Assembly: GCF_016433145.1 (NCBI RefSeq)
Contig: NC_058133.1
Coordinates: forward strand, 208,634,474-208,698,473
DNA from: Gracilinanus agilis
Lineage: Eukaryota
DNA: 64,000 nucleotides
Reading direction: 5' to 3'
In this document: piece by piece, positions 11,487 to 58,800 of the stretch
How the letters are laid out: the number at the start of each line of letters is the position of its first letter
Position numbering within the stretch: the first letter of the stretch is position 1
The notes under the pieces: generated by a model
Told to the model about the DNA's origin: nothing
The model's database searches: none
Seen by the model: only the letters and a program-made list of their open reading frames with translations
Position numbers and translations under genes: made by a program

Positions 11487-14400
11487 CTTTAGATCATCAG
11501 CCTCAGGTTTTTCAGTCTCTGAATCGTCATCTTCCTACAAGACAAGAATTTACAGGATTAAGCTTAAAAGAGCGGGCCTGGTGGTTCCCACATGCATTAC
11601 TAGGGGCTGGAGGTGAGCAGCCCAGTTACCCAGCCTGAGTCTCCCCACCATAATAGCCCCTCCCCTACTATATGACCCATAGCTAAATAAAGAAGATAGA
11701 AAGATGCTCAGAAAATAAGAACATAAGTATCTGAAGGCCCACAGAAGTAGCTCTATGCTACCATAGAAACACCCAAGAGATTCAAAACCACATATAGAAA
11801 ATGAAGAAAAGCGGAAAGATGCTTTGGAAAGGCACAAGACCTGGCCCACTAAGTAAAAACTATTTGATTTATTTAGGAAACTTAAATTATTTCTGATTGT
11901 CCAAGTGGCTATTTATAATTTTCTTTGTGTCTTAAGTTCTTACAAAAAAATACATTCAACTTGGGCCTACCATAACATCTTTCATTGCAAAATTGTTGTG
12001 GGATCCACATAAAGTTAAATTCTAACACCTTGATCAACTAAAAGAACACCAACACAAGATGTGGTAAGTCTGAGGCATAAAATGGCTACCTTACACAATC
12101 AAAGGCAGAACCCAAAGTTCATGCCTTCACTTGCCTTCTAGTTTGGTAAGGACTTTCCTCTCTCTACACAGGTCCACCACTGATCCAACATACTTAGCTT
12201 TGTTCCTCAAGTGAGAAACCATACAGAAACAGCCACACGGGCAGGACACTGTTCTGAGCATGTACCAATAACAAATATATAAGGTGAACAGTTGTTGTCA
12301 GACATGCAGCCAAGGGCTCAGCCAGTGATACAGTTTTCAAAGATTAGAGATAAAAACAGACAATACATCTCTCAGGTCAGCACAACCATTGCTTCAGTTC
12401 CTACCAAAAGGAGGATGCTCCCAGCACACACACACAGAGCAAAGAACACCAGCTAAACATTTGGACAAAATCCACAAGGCTTCACCTAAACTTGCTTTCT
12501 TCTATTAGAGCCACACTTTGCAAAAAATCTTAAGACAAAGACAACAATCCAGAAGTTGAGACAAATACTGCACAAGAGGATATGAACAATCTAAACTGAC
12601 TCTCAATATTTGCCAACTGTTCTTTAAGATGCCTATGTACAAAGGAATTTTAATACAGATACTTAAAAGTCAGGTGGCCTAGTACCAATCTCCAGGAGCT
12701 TCTTTAAATAAAAAAAGTCATGTCTATTTGAAATACAATTACATCCTGTAATGACAATGTTCAGACTAGAAAAATACAATTACATCCTGTAATGACAATG
12801 TTCAGACTAGAAAACTGAGTGGATTTTACTAGCTGAAAAAAAAAACACCACAAAACAAAACCTTAATAGAAACACAATGAAAATTATTAGCAAATGAATA
12901 AGATACAATGATTCCAAAATAGCTGTTAAACATTAAGAGAGTAGAAAACAGCATGTAGTACTTGATAACTCTTGATTATCAGGACAAATGGAAAGAAGCA
13001 AAGAATTTGAAGGGGAGAGCCAAAAACAACAGATAATTCAAATTTCCTTTTTATTTGATTTAGAACTAATTTTAATACTTGTATTATGTTGACAATCTAA
13101 TATTCTAGTAATTCACATTACCATCCAAAATACAATTTTGTGAATATTCAATTCAGAAGCTGGTAAATCTGGTCAGTTTCTCCATCCTATTTATAGGTCA
13201 ACTATCTTCTTTAGCATTAGAGGGATCTGTTATTGGTGGAGAGACTCAGTCCAGGAACTGAGCTGCTTACTTCCATTCAACAGCTGGTTCTATTACTCTA
13301 CAATTCTTTTGTTATAGTTGAGTTATAGAGGAAATATAAAACTTTAATTTTTAGTTGTTTGTGCTTCAGGTTCAATTAGGAATAAAGATTAAAATGGTAC
13401 CCCCCAAAAATGGTAACAAAGTTACCAAGCAATCTGTCAAAAGCATAGTTATACAGGTAGGGTATTTGAAGTAAATAATTTCTAAACTTCAACTTAGAGG
13501 TTAAAGATTTGATTTGGATGCTAGACAGCATGGTATAGTGGAAAGAGTACTGGAGTTGGGAATCAAGAGAGACCTGGGTTAAAATCCCAATTCCAAAATT
13601 TCATAGCTATGTGATTTGGAGAAGTCAGACCCTCCTCCCTCAGCTTCATTCTCCTCACCTATAAAGCTGGGCAATAATAGTAGCTATTTCACAGCTACAC
13701 GATGAGGATCACATTAAGTAATTTTTGCAAACCTTAAAAAATATAAGTCCTTACAAATAGAAAGATCATAAAGAGTTGACTTAAGGGATAGATTTTCATG
13801 ACACAAACTGAAGTATTATTGGAAATGGAATGGACCATATAAACAGAGAAGAGTAATCCAATACTAAATACCTCTAGATAGCTGGATCAAATACAGTGGT
13901 CTTGTTCTCCCACTCCCCACCAACATGTTGCCTCACAAATTTAACCAAAAGGTAAGCCCAAGTAGAGGGAAAAAAATAAAACCAACTCCACCACAGAAAT
14001 TTAACCCAGTATCTTCATTCTAATGCTCCCCCCAAAAAATAGCTTTATGGAGCAGTTTAACCATGAAAAAGAAGTACTAAGAGTTCATCTTAGAAGTTTC
14101 CAGCAAACAGAAAGTGGTAGCTTTGAGCAGATTTGGGTTATAGTACTTACTGATTGTCTGCTGTTTTCTTCATCCTCTTCCTCATAACCATCTTCATCTC
14201 CCTCAAGTCGAGAAAAATCATCATCTCCATAGGCTTCTGACACTAAGCCACCTTTTTCCTCTAACCCAAAGGAAGAAAGAAAAATGAGTGGGGATAGGGA
14301 GAGCACCAGTGATCTGGGTGGCTGGAACCATCTCTGTCAGCAAAGGGAAACTCTAGTGCCTAAGCCTGTCATACTATGGTATTAGAAGAAGCAAAAGGCT

Positions 14401-15071
14401 CAGAATCCACCCTTAAATTTACAGTCTAGATGGGGGAACAAGAATAATAGAGACTAGGCAAAAAATTACCTTCTAAATTCTGGGTCCTGACTGATTTTGG
14501 TACTAGAGTTCTCTAGTCACAGGGGATATGTTTTAGTTAATTATCTGAGGCCCGTGTCACTTCTTTTAGGCTCCCATCTTAACATAAGGAGACGAGCCAG
14601 AAATGAAATCAGTGTTCATCATCTTGTCTCCTTAATCCCCAGTGCTTGACAAAAGTTGCAGAACCATACAATGCTGGAATTAGAAAGGGTCTTAGACATC
14701 ATACAGCTAAACTCCCGACATGGTCCAGATGAGGAAACTGAGGCCCTGGGAAGGTAAGTTAGGGCTGCCTTGGGCGTCTCGCCCTCTAGTTTCGCAGAAC
14801 TCGGGGAAGAAAAGGAAAATCCTTCGGCCTTGGCTCTTAGGGCCGGTTTAGCTGGCTCAGAAGCGAAGATTCCGCCTCCCTCCCTACTAGTCTCCTTCCT
14901 TTTCTTTACTACCTGGGCGGTGGGCTCGGGTTAGAGTTCTGCAACCCTCCAAGCCTTACCCGCTGCTGTCGCGCTCCCGGACGCTTCCACTCCAGCCTCG
15001 CTATCCGACTCGGGCTCCGAATCTTCCGCGTAAACCGCCAGCGACGAAAGAACGTTCTTCTTGCCAGCCAT
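11487..15071 (-). CDS. SAP30BP: SAP30-binding protein, coding exons 1-3 (partial; gene continues past position 1)
   Basis: Exons 15071-14960 (MAGKKNVLSSLAVYAEDSEPESDSEAGVEASGSATAA), 14260-14151 (EEKGGLVSEAYGDDDFSRLEGDEDGYEEEDEENSRQS) and 11534-11487 (EDDDSETEKPEADDLK). All are GT-AG with continuous phase and closely match the human SAP30BP N-terminus as recalled. Exon 4 was not found in 1-11486. Confidence 0.97.
12731..12812. repeat. Perfect 41-bp tandem duplication
   Basis: aaatacaattacatcctgtaatgacaatgttcagactagaa x2. Confidence 0.95.
13520..13735 (+). mobile_element. MIR-type SINE
   Basis: gcatggtatagtggaaagagtactggagttggga...ctcacctataaa...gcaaaccttaaa. Confidence 0.75.
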
Positions 15072-15500
15072 CTTCCTCCCTCCCGGCGCCGGCGCTCCCG
15101 AATGACGCTAGGATGGGCTCCCACTAGTTCAAGGGAGCGCGCTCTCCCTACCGGAAGCGCAACGACACTTTACTTCCTCCCTGCCTGACCTTTTATCCCT
15201 ATCAAGGAGCCAATCAAAAAAGCGAGCTCCTTCCTGTTCCCTCCACACCTTCGCCGTCCTACCCTCCCCGCGTCCAACTCGTACTTCAGTCCTGTTACGT
15301 CATCTTTGTGCGACGTGGGAACTGTGCGTGGGTCCGTCTACCTGCGGAGAGAGCCGGAAGGAAATTGTCTCTCTTGGAATTTCTGGGTCTCTGGGCCGCG
15401 GGACTCCCGGGGCTTCTAGACTAGCTCCCCAGGTGGTGGGCTCGTGGTCTGCAGCTGGGCTCCGCCCACACGGATATCCTGGGCTTGGTGTTCAAAAAGT
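14760..15500. promoter_or_regulatory. Bidirectional CpG-rich promoter shared by SAP30BP and RECQL5
   Basis: Only CpG-dense segment of the window. ETS/GABP CCGGAAG at 15151-15157 and 15354-15360, CCAAT at 15210-15214, ATF/CRE-like TTACGTCA at 15295-15302, and YY1-like AAGATGGC (minus strand) overlapping the SAP30BP ATG. No TATA box seen. Confidence 0.85.
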
Positions 15501-15509
15501 AGGGCACTA

Positions 15510-16155
15510 GGGAGAAGATGCCTTTTGAAAGGAGGGAGCAGAGAGAAAAGAGAGGGGTGTATATGTGTGTGTTTTGGGAACAGCTGCCTTCATTTATTTA
15601 TTTACTTGCTTCCTTATTTATTTAGAAACCCTTACCTTCCGTCTTGGAGTCAAAATTGTATATTGGCTCCAAGACAGAAGAATGGTAAGGGCTAGGCAAT
15701 GGGGGTTAAGTGACTTGCCCAGGGTCATACAGGTAGGAAGTGTCTCGAGACCACATTTGAATCTAGGACTTCCCGTCTCTAGGCCTGGCTCTCAATCCAC
15801 TGAGCCACCCAGCTGTCCCCAAAGGAGAAAAAATAGGTGTATGTGCTTTAAAGAAAGTGCTTTTAGGAAGGATAGGAGGAAACAGAGGTGTGTGTGTGTG
15901 GGGGGGGTTGTTTTGGGGAGAGATGCTTTTAGAAAGGAGGGAGAGTGTATATGCTGGAAGGAGATCCCTTTAGAAAGGAGAGGAGCAGAGAGAAAGAAAA
16001 GGGTGTGTATGTACTGGGGAGAGATAACTTTAAAAAGCAGGAAAAGTGTGTGTATATATGCTTGGAAGGATATACTTTTAGAAAGGAGAAGAGCAGAGAG
16101 ATAGAGGGGTATTTGTGTATGTACTATATGCTGGAGAGAAAATGCCTTTAGAAAG
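15510..16155. repeat. Degenerate purine-rich minisatellite interrupted by a SINE
   Basis: About 7 units anchored on cttt(t)agaaagg followed by gag/gtgtatatg blocks. Confidence 0.75.
15615..15820 (-). mobile_element. Didelphid-type SINE in RECQL5 intron 1
   Basis: Reverse copy, little diverged. Confidence 0.9.
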
Positions 16156-16737
16156 TAGAGGAGTTGAGGCATGGTGGGCATAAAAAAGGTTTATGTGCAT
16201 AAGTGTGCCCATGTCTTTGGGTATGTGTTTATGTGAGAGGGATATGGTAAGGTGCCAAGAAGATGAGGGAGAAGGAGGAGAGTGGTCAGGGTGTTGGGAG
16301 AAAGAGAAGGAACTAGAGGATGAGAGTTCAGAAGAATGAGAGGTTCTAGAAGTTACTTATCTTGTTACATAGACTGATAGCCTTACAGGCTGTGCTTGTG
16401 CTTATTGTTAGCACCCAGTAGGATCTGGGAGTGACCACCTGGCCCTGCCAGAGAGAACCCTGACCAAACCATCCCAGTCCCCTGGGTTAATCACTAAATA
16501 TTTGTGTATCTTGCCATGTCCTTAGAGGGAGAAATGTGGGTTGAGATTTTTTTGTGATTATGAATTTTCATAAGAAGGTGAAGATAGAAGAAATGCTGAT
16601 TATCCACAAAAGTGTAGTTTGTGGCACTTTACATGAAAGTGCCATAATGCAGAGGGAAGTAGAGTATAACTAGTAGAGAGGTTCTCATACAATCATCTTT
16701 ATTTTTGCCTTAACCTTTGGCCACCCATTTCTCTAAG

Positions 16738-51810
<35,073 letters not shown>

Positions 51811-52443
51811 CTGAAGCTAGGAAGGAGGAGACACCTGGGACAGCACTGGAGAGGCCAGTGTCTGCTGAGGCCCTGGGCCCCCTCCTGGCTGATGCCCTGG
51901 GAAGCCCCCAGTAACTTTATCTCAGCTCTGTGCCAGGCCACCTTCAGGGAGACTGGCTCTTCACCATGGGCTCTTGGCTTTGGAGAATTGGGGTGGGAAC
52001 AGAATGAGAATGTGAATCCTGCCACTGACACTGCTGCAAGGGAAGAGCTTCCTCTTCTCCCAGGGTATCAGTATCTGTAAGAACCCAATTTGAATACCCT
52101 CGTTAGGACTGGGGCCAGAGCTCAGCCCCAAACTTCCTACCTATAGAGCTAAATGTTTTATCCCCAATTGCTGCTTCCTCATTCTTGATACTGGACTTTC
52201 TTGGTTGGTTCTGGGGGCAGCCTGGAGAGAAGAAGGGAATTGGGAGGGTGCACTTTTTAGTGTGGGGGTGGTAAAGCTGCCTGGGGTACCTACACATATC
52301 CTCAGGCCCTCTACCTCCCTCTGCAGCCATGTCTCCAACTTTGTTGCCAGGTGTATATGAGACCCTGGGACCCCCTCAGAAGCCATCCTTGTCCTGGAAC
52401 GACCCGCTAGGGCCAGAATGGCCTATTCATGTTTACAGATTGG

Positions 52444-52449
52444 AATAAA
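52444..52449 (+). terminator. RECQL5: RECQL5 polyadenylation signal
   Basis: First AATAAA seen after the stop codon (about 630 nt 3' UTR), followed by U/G-rich sequence. Confidence 0.75.
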
Positions 52450-52554
52450 AGGCTTGATTCTGATTAGGCTCTGTTCCCCAGACCTCAGGCTGCTCTCCTT
52501 GGTTCTCCTCCCTTCTCTTACTCACATCAACATGGCATCTTGATTGTTTGAGGT

Positions 52555-52560
52555 TTTATT
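52555..52560 (-). terminator. MYO15B: MYO15B polyadenylation signal
   Basis: AATAAA on the minus strand about 315 nt after the TAG. Confidence 0.7.
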
Positions 52561-52875
52561 TTCTCTGCAGTGGCGGCTCAACTACCTCCCCACCCCCGGG
52601 CCTGGGGTTGGGTCTGGGTAAGGATGAGTGGGACCCCAATGGCATAAAGAGTTGGCTTAACCCCAGGCTGCTGAATCTCTGCCTGCAGCTCTGCTCCAGC
52701 CTTAGAAGAAACTTTGACATCCTCATACCTAGGTCACCCATTCAGGAACACTAGGAAGCTTTAGCTCACCAACAAGAAGAGATCTCTGAGGGTAGGGGTG
52801 CGGAGGAGGGGGGAGGAGAAAACAGTCTTTGCCTCCCCGCCCTACCCCTTTCAATTCAGGATGAACTGGGCCAGG

Positions 52876-55800
52876 CTAAGTGGAGGTGGTATTGAACTCC
52901 TTTAAGAAGGTGAGGGTGTGCAGTAATTCTTGGGCCTGTTGGAACAAAGTGGACATTAGTGGAGGCTCCCTTCTTCCCCTATTCTCAGCAGTGAGAGGGA
53001 GGGAGAGCTTGACTTTCTTTTCTACAAGAATGAGGTCTGGCTCTAGGCAGAGATGGATCAGTGACTTCTTGGTCATCCTTGATAGCAGGATGACTATCAG
53101 AGGGCACTCACCTGTGGCGACTCAAACCAAATGGTCTTGGGATTGGTAAAGGACCCATAGTTGAGCTCCATCGCTGGGACACCATCCAGGGGACTGAGCT
53201 GACGTAATTGTTGTATGTCCTCCAGAGCAATGGAATAGCACTGTTCCTGGGGACAGGGAGGACATGAAAAAGAGTGACTCACTCTGGGAATGGTGCAGCA
53301 GGCCAGGAAGGACAGTTGTTCTCTAGATCTTTGTGGAATCAGGGAGGAAAGATGGAGGAGGAATAATTTGATAGGCAAGAACCCAGGAGGAAAATTGTGT
53401 GGATAAGGTGAGGAGAGACTAGGGAAAAGTTGGTGAGGGGAAAAGAGGAATCACACCCACCTGAGTCCTGGGATCCACCAAGATGAGGTATTGATGGTTG
53501 AGGCCTAATAAGCAGGGAGTGGCTATCACTGGCTCACTCAACCGAAGTACAGTGTATACGGTATAACCAAAGAGGGGCAAGGATTTCACTGCCTCTGTGG
53601 ACAAGTGGCAAGGGGGAAGGGTTAGCCATCATGTCAGTGAATTGTCTCACTTGCTCTGCCTACCTTACCTGCATTTGAGCTCGAGGATGAACAGCATAGA
53701 AGGGAAAGTGCTTTGAGTTTGTGAGCCAGGATCTGACTCCTGAGTCTATGGGGTAGGATAGTAGTGAATGCCACTGGGTGAGGGGGAGGTGGCCAGGAAC
53801 CCAGAGTCTATCCCAGTTAACCTCTAGGCAGGGCCCAATATAGGGTGATGGGTAGAGTATAGGTCAGGCAGGCAGGTTCCCTTACAGCTCTCTCAGCCTA
53901 TTCAAACCCAGCATGGTCCTATTGCTATCCCTCCTCGAAAACCCTGTTGTTTATTAGCCATCCCCACCCAAGGAACGCAGTCACCAATGAAGTTGACTTG
54001 GGCTTCTCTGCGGCTATAACTCTTCAAGGACTTCAATTGGTTCTCCATCAGTTTCCTCAAGACCCTCAAATTCACCTGCTGCTGTAGTGGGTGTGGGACA
54101 TATCTCAGCAGTTCCTGCCTGGGAGACCATGTGGGTTTTGAGACTGGCTTTGCCTGACTACCAGGCCAAGTATTTAAAAGTATTAGAGAGGGCATGGGGC
54201 AGGCAGAGGAGGGAGGCCTAAAGGGAAGTGATGGGCAGGTTGGACTCAGAGACTACCAAAGAAGAGGCTGGCATAGGATATAGCACCCTGATGGACACAA
54301 GCCCACCCTTTACCCTTTGGGGCTCATACTCAGAAGGCAGATCACCGGTCCTTCTGGTCAGATGCTGTAGGGCTGTCAGGGGAGCTAGCAGCGCTTCAAC
54401 TTGGGAGTGGGTGCTAACCAGCAGCTTTCCCTGCAAGTAATCTCGATGGAGCTGAAGGAGGAAGATAGGTGAGGGTGAGCCAGATCCAGGAGCACTTGCC
54501 CCTGAACACTCTGGCTCCCTTATCTCTGCTTCCAGCTCTCATCCATCCCTCACTGTCCATTTCTCCCTCATTCAGAGCCAGAGTGGTGCTACGGCAGCAA
54601 CTGGCCTAAGGCTGACCTGGCTGTAGTGTGTACTGATGTAGACTTCATTTTCATAATGCAGGGATGTGTCCCAGGTGAGCCGATGACTATGTAGCTCCAC
54701 ATTAGGTTCCCTTGTCACGTTGTTGAGGTACTCATTGGGGTGCAGGGGCCTCACCAGTACACCTGCCCAAAATGGTCCAGAGATACAGCCTGGCCTTCCC
54801 ACCCCAGAGCCCTTGCCTCTGAGAGCCCTTCATGGCAAATAGTGCAGCCATCCTCTGGAACCATGGTGGTGAATCCATGGTACGCGTGTTAGAGGGGGCA
54901 TGCTTGCCATTGCCCCAGTACAGAGTTTGTCACCAGAAAGCCAGATGCTGGGCTGCTCCCCTCCCCCTCTCTGCACACTTGAGGACATCACCCACCCCTA
55001 TAAAAGGTTCACCATCACTTATCTAGAAGCTACCACTGCCCTTATTTAAAGCATGGAAGTCAATTTTCCCAGTATCCACACAGACAGCCTTTTGCTGACC
55101 CTTCCATGTCACTTACCTGTCTCTTTTGAGAAGGTACCCGACTGGTCCCAGGCAGTGGTCTCTTCATTCTTGATGAGGAAGATGGCAAACTCTTGTACCT
55201 CCAGAGGTTCTCTGATACCCATCTGACTACACATCTCCTCCAGCACTTCTGCTGTTACCTGATGTGTGGATGAGATCATAAGTGAAGAGGGAAAGAGGCT
55301 CCCCTCCCCACAACCTACATTGCTAACCCTCTGGGACTCACCGTAAAGGTCTGAATGGTTGTCTTGTATTCTACACCTCCAGGCAGATGGAGCAGCAGTG
55401 ATCGGACTGTCTGCCCCTTCTGCCAAGGAAAATTGCAAGGTGAGGCTATATGCCAGTAGATTAGAAAACCCTGTAGGGACAGTGACCCCAGGCATCTCCC
55501 TTTCCCATGGGGGACACTCAGAATGACCTCTCTCCCAGACCAATACCAAGAAGGCTTGCATCTCGCCAATGGTGGGCAGGTGCCGGCGACCTCCGTATTT
55601 GACTGTCTGTTGTAAATGTCCTTGGCATTTCTGGGCCAGCTCTGTACAGAGATGGGGAGGTGAGGATTGAGATCACAAATTACTTCTTGCCTTCTTCCCA
55701 CCAAGGAAGATCTTGCCTGGCACTTTGGGTTTTTTTCCACCTTTTCCTTTCCCTTCAAAGTACCTTGGTAGAGAGTAGCATCCTTTAGAAACTTGATGAC

Positions 55801-58800
55801 ATAGGGCATCAGGGTGGGCGAGGGGAGGAAGTACCCAGTGAGGAGGCTAAGGAGATACCATCCCCGAATGCAGTGTTCCCTGAAAGACAAATCAAAACCG
55901 CCTGGATCATCTCTTAACTTTCCTAAACCCTACTATTTCCTGTGCTCCTTCTTCCACCTTTCCACAACACTCACTGGTCAGGGTTCTCTGTAACCTGCTT
56001 GATGATCTGGCAGTAAATTTCATCTTTCAAGTTGTTGTTCCGGCACAGCTATGGAAATAAGAATTTGGTTTCCAGAGAGAGCTGAGGACTTGTGTCAGGA
56101 CAAAAAAGTTGGGAAAAGGAGAGGATGCAGATTCTAGGGTTGGGGACAGGGAGATAGAAATCAGAAAATGGGACAGGGTCATAGGATTCAATTTAAGGTC
56201 CCAGCCATGGTAGGATTAGGTGCTCAAGGGTTCTCCTGTGTCTCTGGACTTCCGGCTCTGATACTCACCTTCATCATCTCATATGGTATATCTAACTCAT
56301 CTTTCTTCTTAGGCTGATCTCCCATGAATTGCATCACAGCTGCAGAGCAAAGGTGGGAGAATATAGTTAGATGGGTATGCTGGGAGTACCTTGAGTTCTA
56401 GGTCTGTATATAAGTGACTAAGAGCCATGGAAACCCCTGCACATGGGCAATACTAAGGGGGTAGTGGGTAGTAAGCCAAGGAGAAAAGGAATGGAGTCCT
56501 AGACACCCAAAAGCACAAATCCAAGCATCCCAATATCTGATGCTGCCACCTTGCTCAAGATATGCCCACAACAGTCAAATGACTCACCCATGAAATTTGC
56601 CACAGCTAGATTGTTCATATTCTCATCAGTTAAGTTGGTAAGAGATTTCTGGATGGGAATCTGAGGGTCAGAGTTATTAGGTCAGTAAACATGGGGCAGA
56701 AATCCAGAAAGGCAACAGATTATATCCTGGATCTGCTGGCCTTGTGTCTGAAGTTATCTGAAAGGAGATCCATCATTCAGGTTGAGGATTAGCTCCCCCT
56801 ACCCTTGACCCTTTACCTTGGTATGTTGCACCAGGCTTCTAGCACTGTGTTCTGCCATGTCCAGCATCCAGCCCTCCCTAGATTTGGGACAATGTTTATT
56901 TAGTCAGTGGTTCCCAAACTTTTTTTGGCCTACCTCCCCCTTTTCAGAAAAAATATTACTTAGCCCCCTGGAAATTATTTTTTTTTAAATTTTAATAGCA
57001 ATTACTAGGAAAGATAAATGCACCTGTGGCCATCACCGGCCCCCCCTGGATCGCTGCAGCACCCACCAGGGGGCGGTAACGCCCACTTTAGGAATCACTG
57101 ATTTAGATCTTCACAGGGAATATACTGCCTTACAACCAGTCAGAGGCCTTGGGGTTTGGAAGAAGTTGGGTATCATCTTTTTGTTTTTGCTTTTTGGGGT
57201 TAGATGAGCAGATGAATTTGGGCAGAGGATCTTGACCAACCTGAAGAGAAGGGCACAGAGTACTAACGTGGGAATGGATCCTGCCTAAAGTCTGGGCACT
57301 CACGAGGTCTGTATCGGCCGGAAGTGGTGCAGGGCATACTCCCACATGGTGTAAGTGCTGGTGCTAGCAGCCAAAGTGGAGTTGACATCCAAGTAGACAG
57401 AACTGGTTACCCCAGAGTACTCACTGGGTGCCTGCCTGGGGGTGTGTTCACACTGAAGATATAGGAAACCTAGTGTCAACCCAGTCACTGCAGTTGGCCT
57501 GTCCTGGATGGCCCTGTGGCTTTGTGTTTCCAAGCACTAGAACCCATGTTTGTGCCCCGATCCTACCCCATGGTTTAACTAGGCAGGTCCCTGCAAGTGC
57601 AGCTACATAGGGTACAACACCAGGAGTCAGTCAGGCCAAAGCTTTTATTGAACAACTGCCCGGCATTATGCCAGGTTCTGTTCAAGACACAAGAGAAATA
57701 TACCAATGATTTTCCCTGCCCTCTAGGAGCATACAGTCTAGTTACTGAGATGACTAGGAAGCATTTGATAACTGTGGACTTGGCTTTATTTATCTTCTGA
57801 TAAAGTACTTTTGGATGAGGTGCAAAGTGCTTAGCTTAACTCCAACCTGCTCTTCACGAGTAGTCACAAATCCCCCTCCCCAGTTGTGCTGCGGTCACCC
57901 TGCTACTGGAGGGCAGGGATTATGTCTTCAGTGTCTTCCCTATTTCTTGGAAAACCAAGTCCTGATCTCTACACAGAGTAGGTAGAAGCCTAGTCAATCC
58001 CAACTGACTTGGATGGTTGTTTTTTTTCTTTCTTTCTTGGTGGGACAAAGGCCAAAGGATAGAAGAAAAGATTCCTTTTCCCAGGACTTGATTTTTTGTG
58101 AATTCAGATCAAGATAGTTTCAAGAGAAGAGGGTGGTCATGGCACTGGCAAGTTCTGGAATTGCTAGTTAGGCTTCTGCCCAGTCATTTCTTCCAAGCTC
58201 CCTCACCTCCGTGGCTTGTTTCTGTGGAGACAATCCTGGTTCTTTCTTAGAAGTCCTGTGTCCCTCAACCTTCTGCTCCAAGGGCATGGTGAGGTAGTCA
58301 GAGGCAGCAGCAACTTTGACCATGTCAGAAGGAAAGAGCCCAGATCGACCCCCAATGGACCCGAATTGCCACCCTGCAAATATCAGATGGAAGCAAGTGC
58401 TAGGGCTAGAGCACATCCCATGCCAAGCCTGTTTTCTGGCCCTGAGTGCCACCCAACTCACTTGGTGACCAGAGGGCTAGTACCACCTCCACTTCCTCTT
58501 CTCAGCCTGTCCTCAGCCCATACATTATAAATATCTTCCCCTTCATTCTAGTAAACAGAATAACCTCCCTGAAACTGCTTTGGACAGCTTAGTGGTATAG
58601 CCTAGAGTAGGAATCAGCAACATAACTGGTTCCACCTCCCCACCAGCCAGTCCAGGCAGAGCCCCAGGATGTGCCCCAGGGGGCCGTTCAGCGCCCCCCC
58701 CCCCCCCCCCCCGCCCCATATCCCAGCACCTTCCGCCTCCATCCTCCTCCTCCCGCAGGTGTTTATGGCTCTCATGGCCAAAAAGGTTGCCAACCTTTGG

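Noticed and set aside
14909-15124. 71-aa minus-strand ORF over the promoter
   Set aside because: Alternative frame of SAP30BP exon 1 with a non-ATG start; GC-rich shadow ORF.
15565-16181. 179-aa and 129-aa ORFs
   Set aside because: Made of SINE plus stop-poor minisatellite sequence; no protein similarity recognised.
55109-55890. 150-aa and 191-aa ORFs as independent genes
   Set aside because: They are MYO15B exons joined through short stop-free introns in shifting frames.
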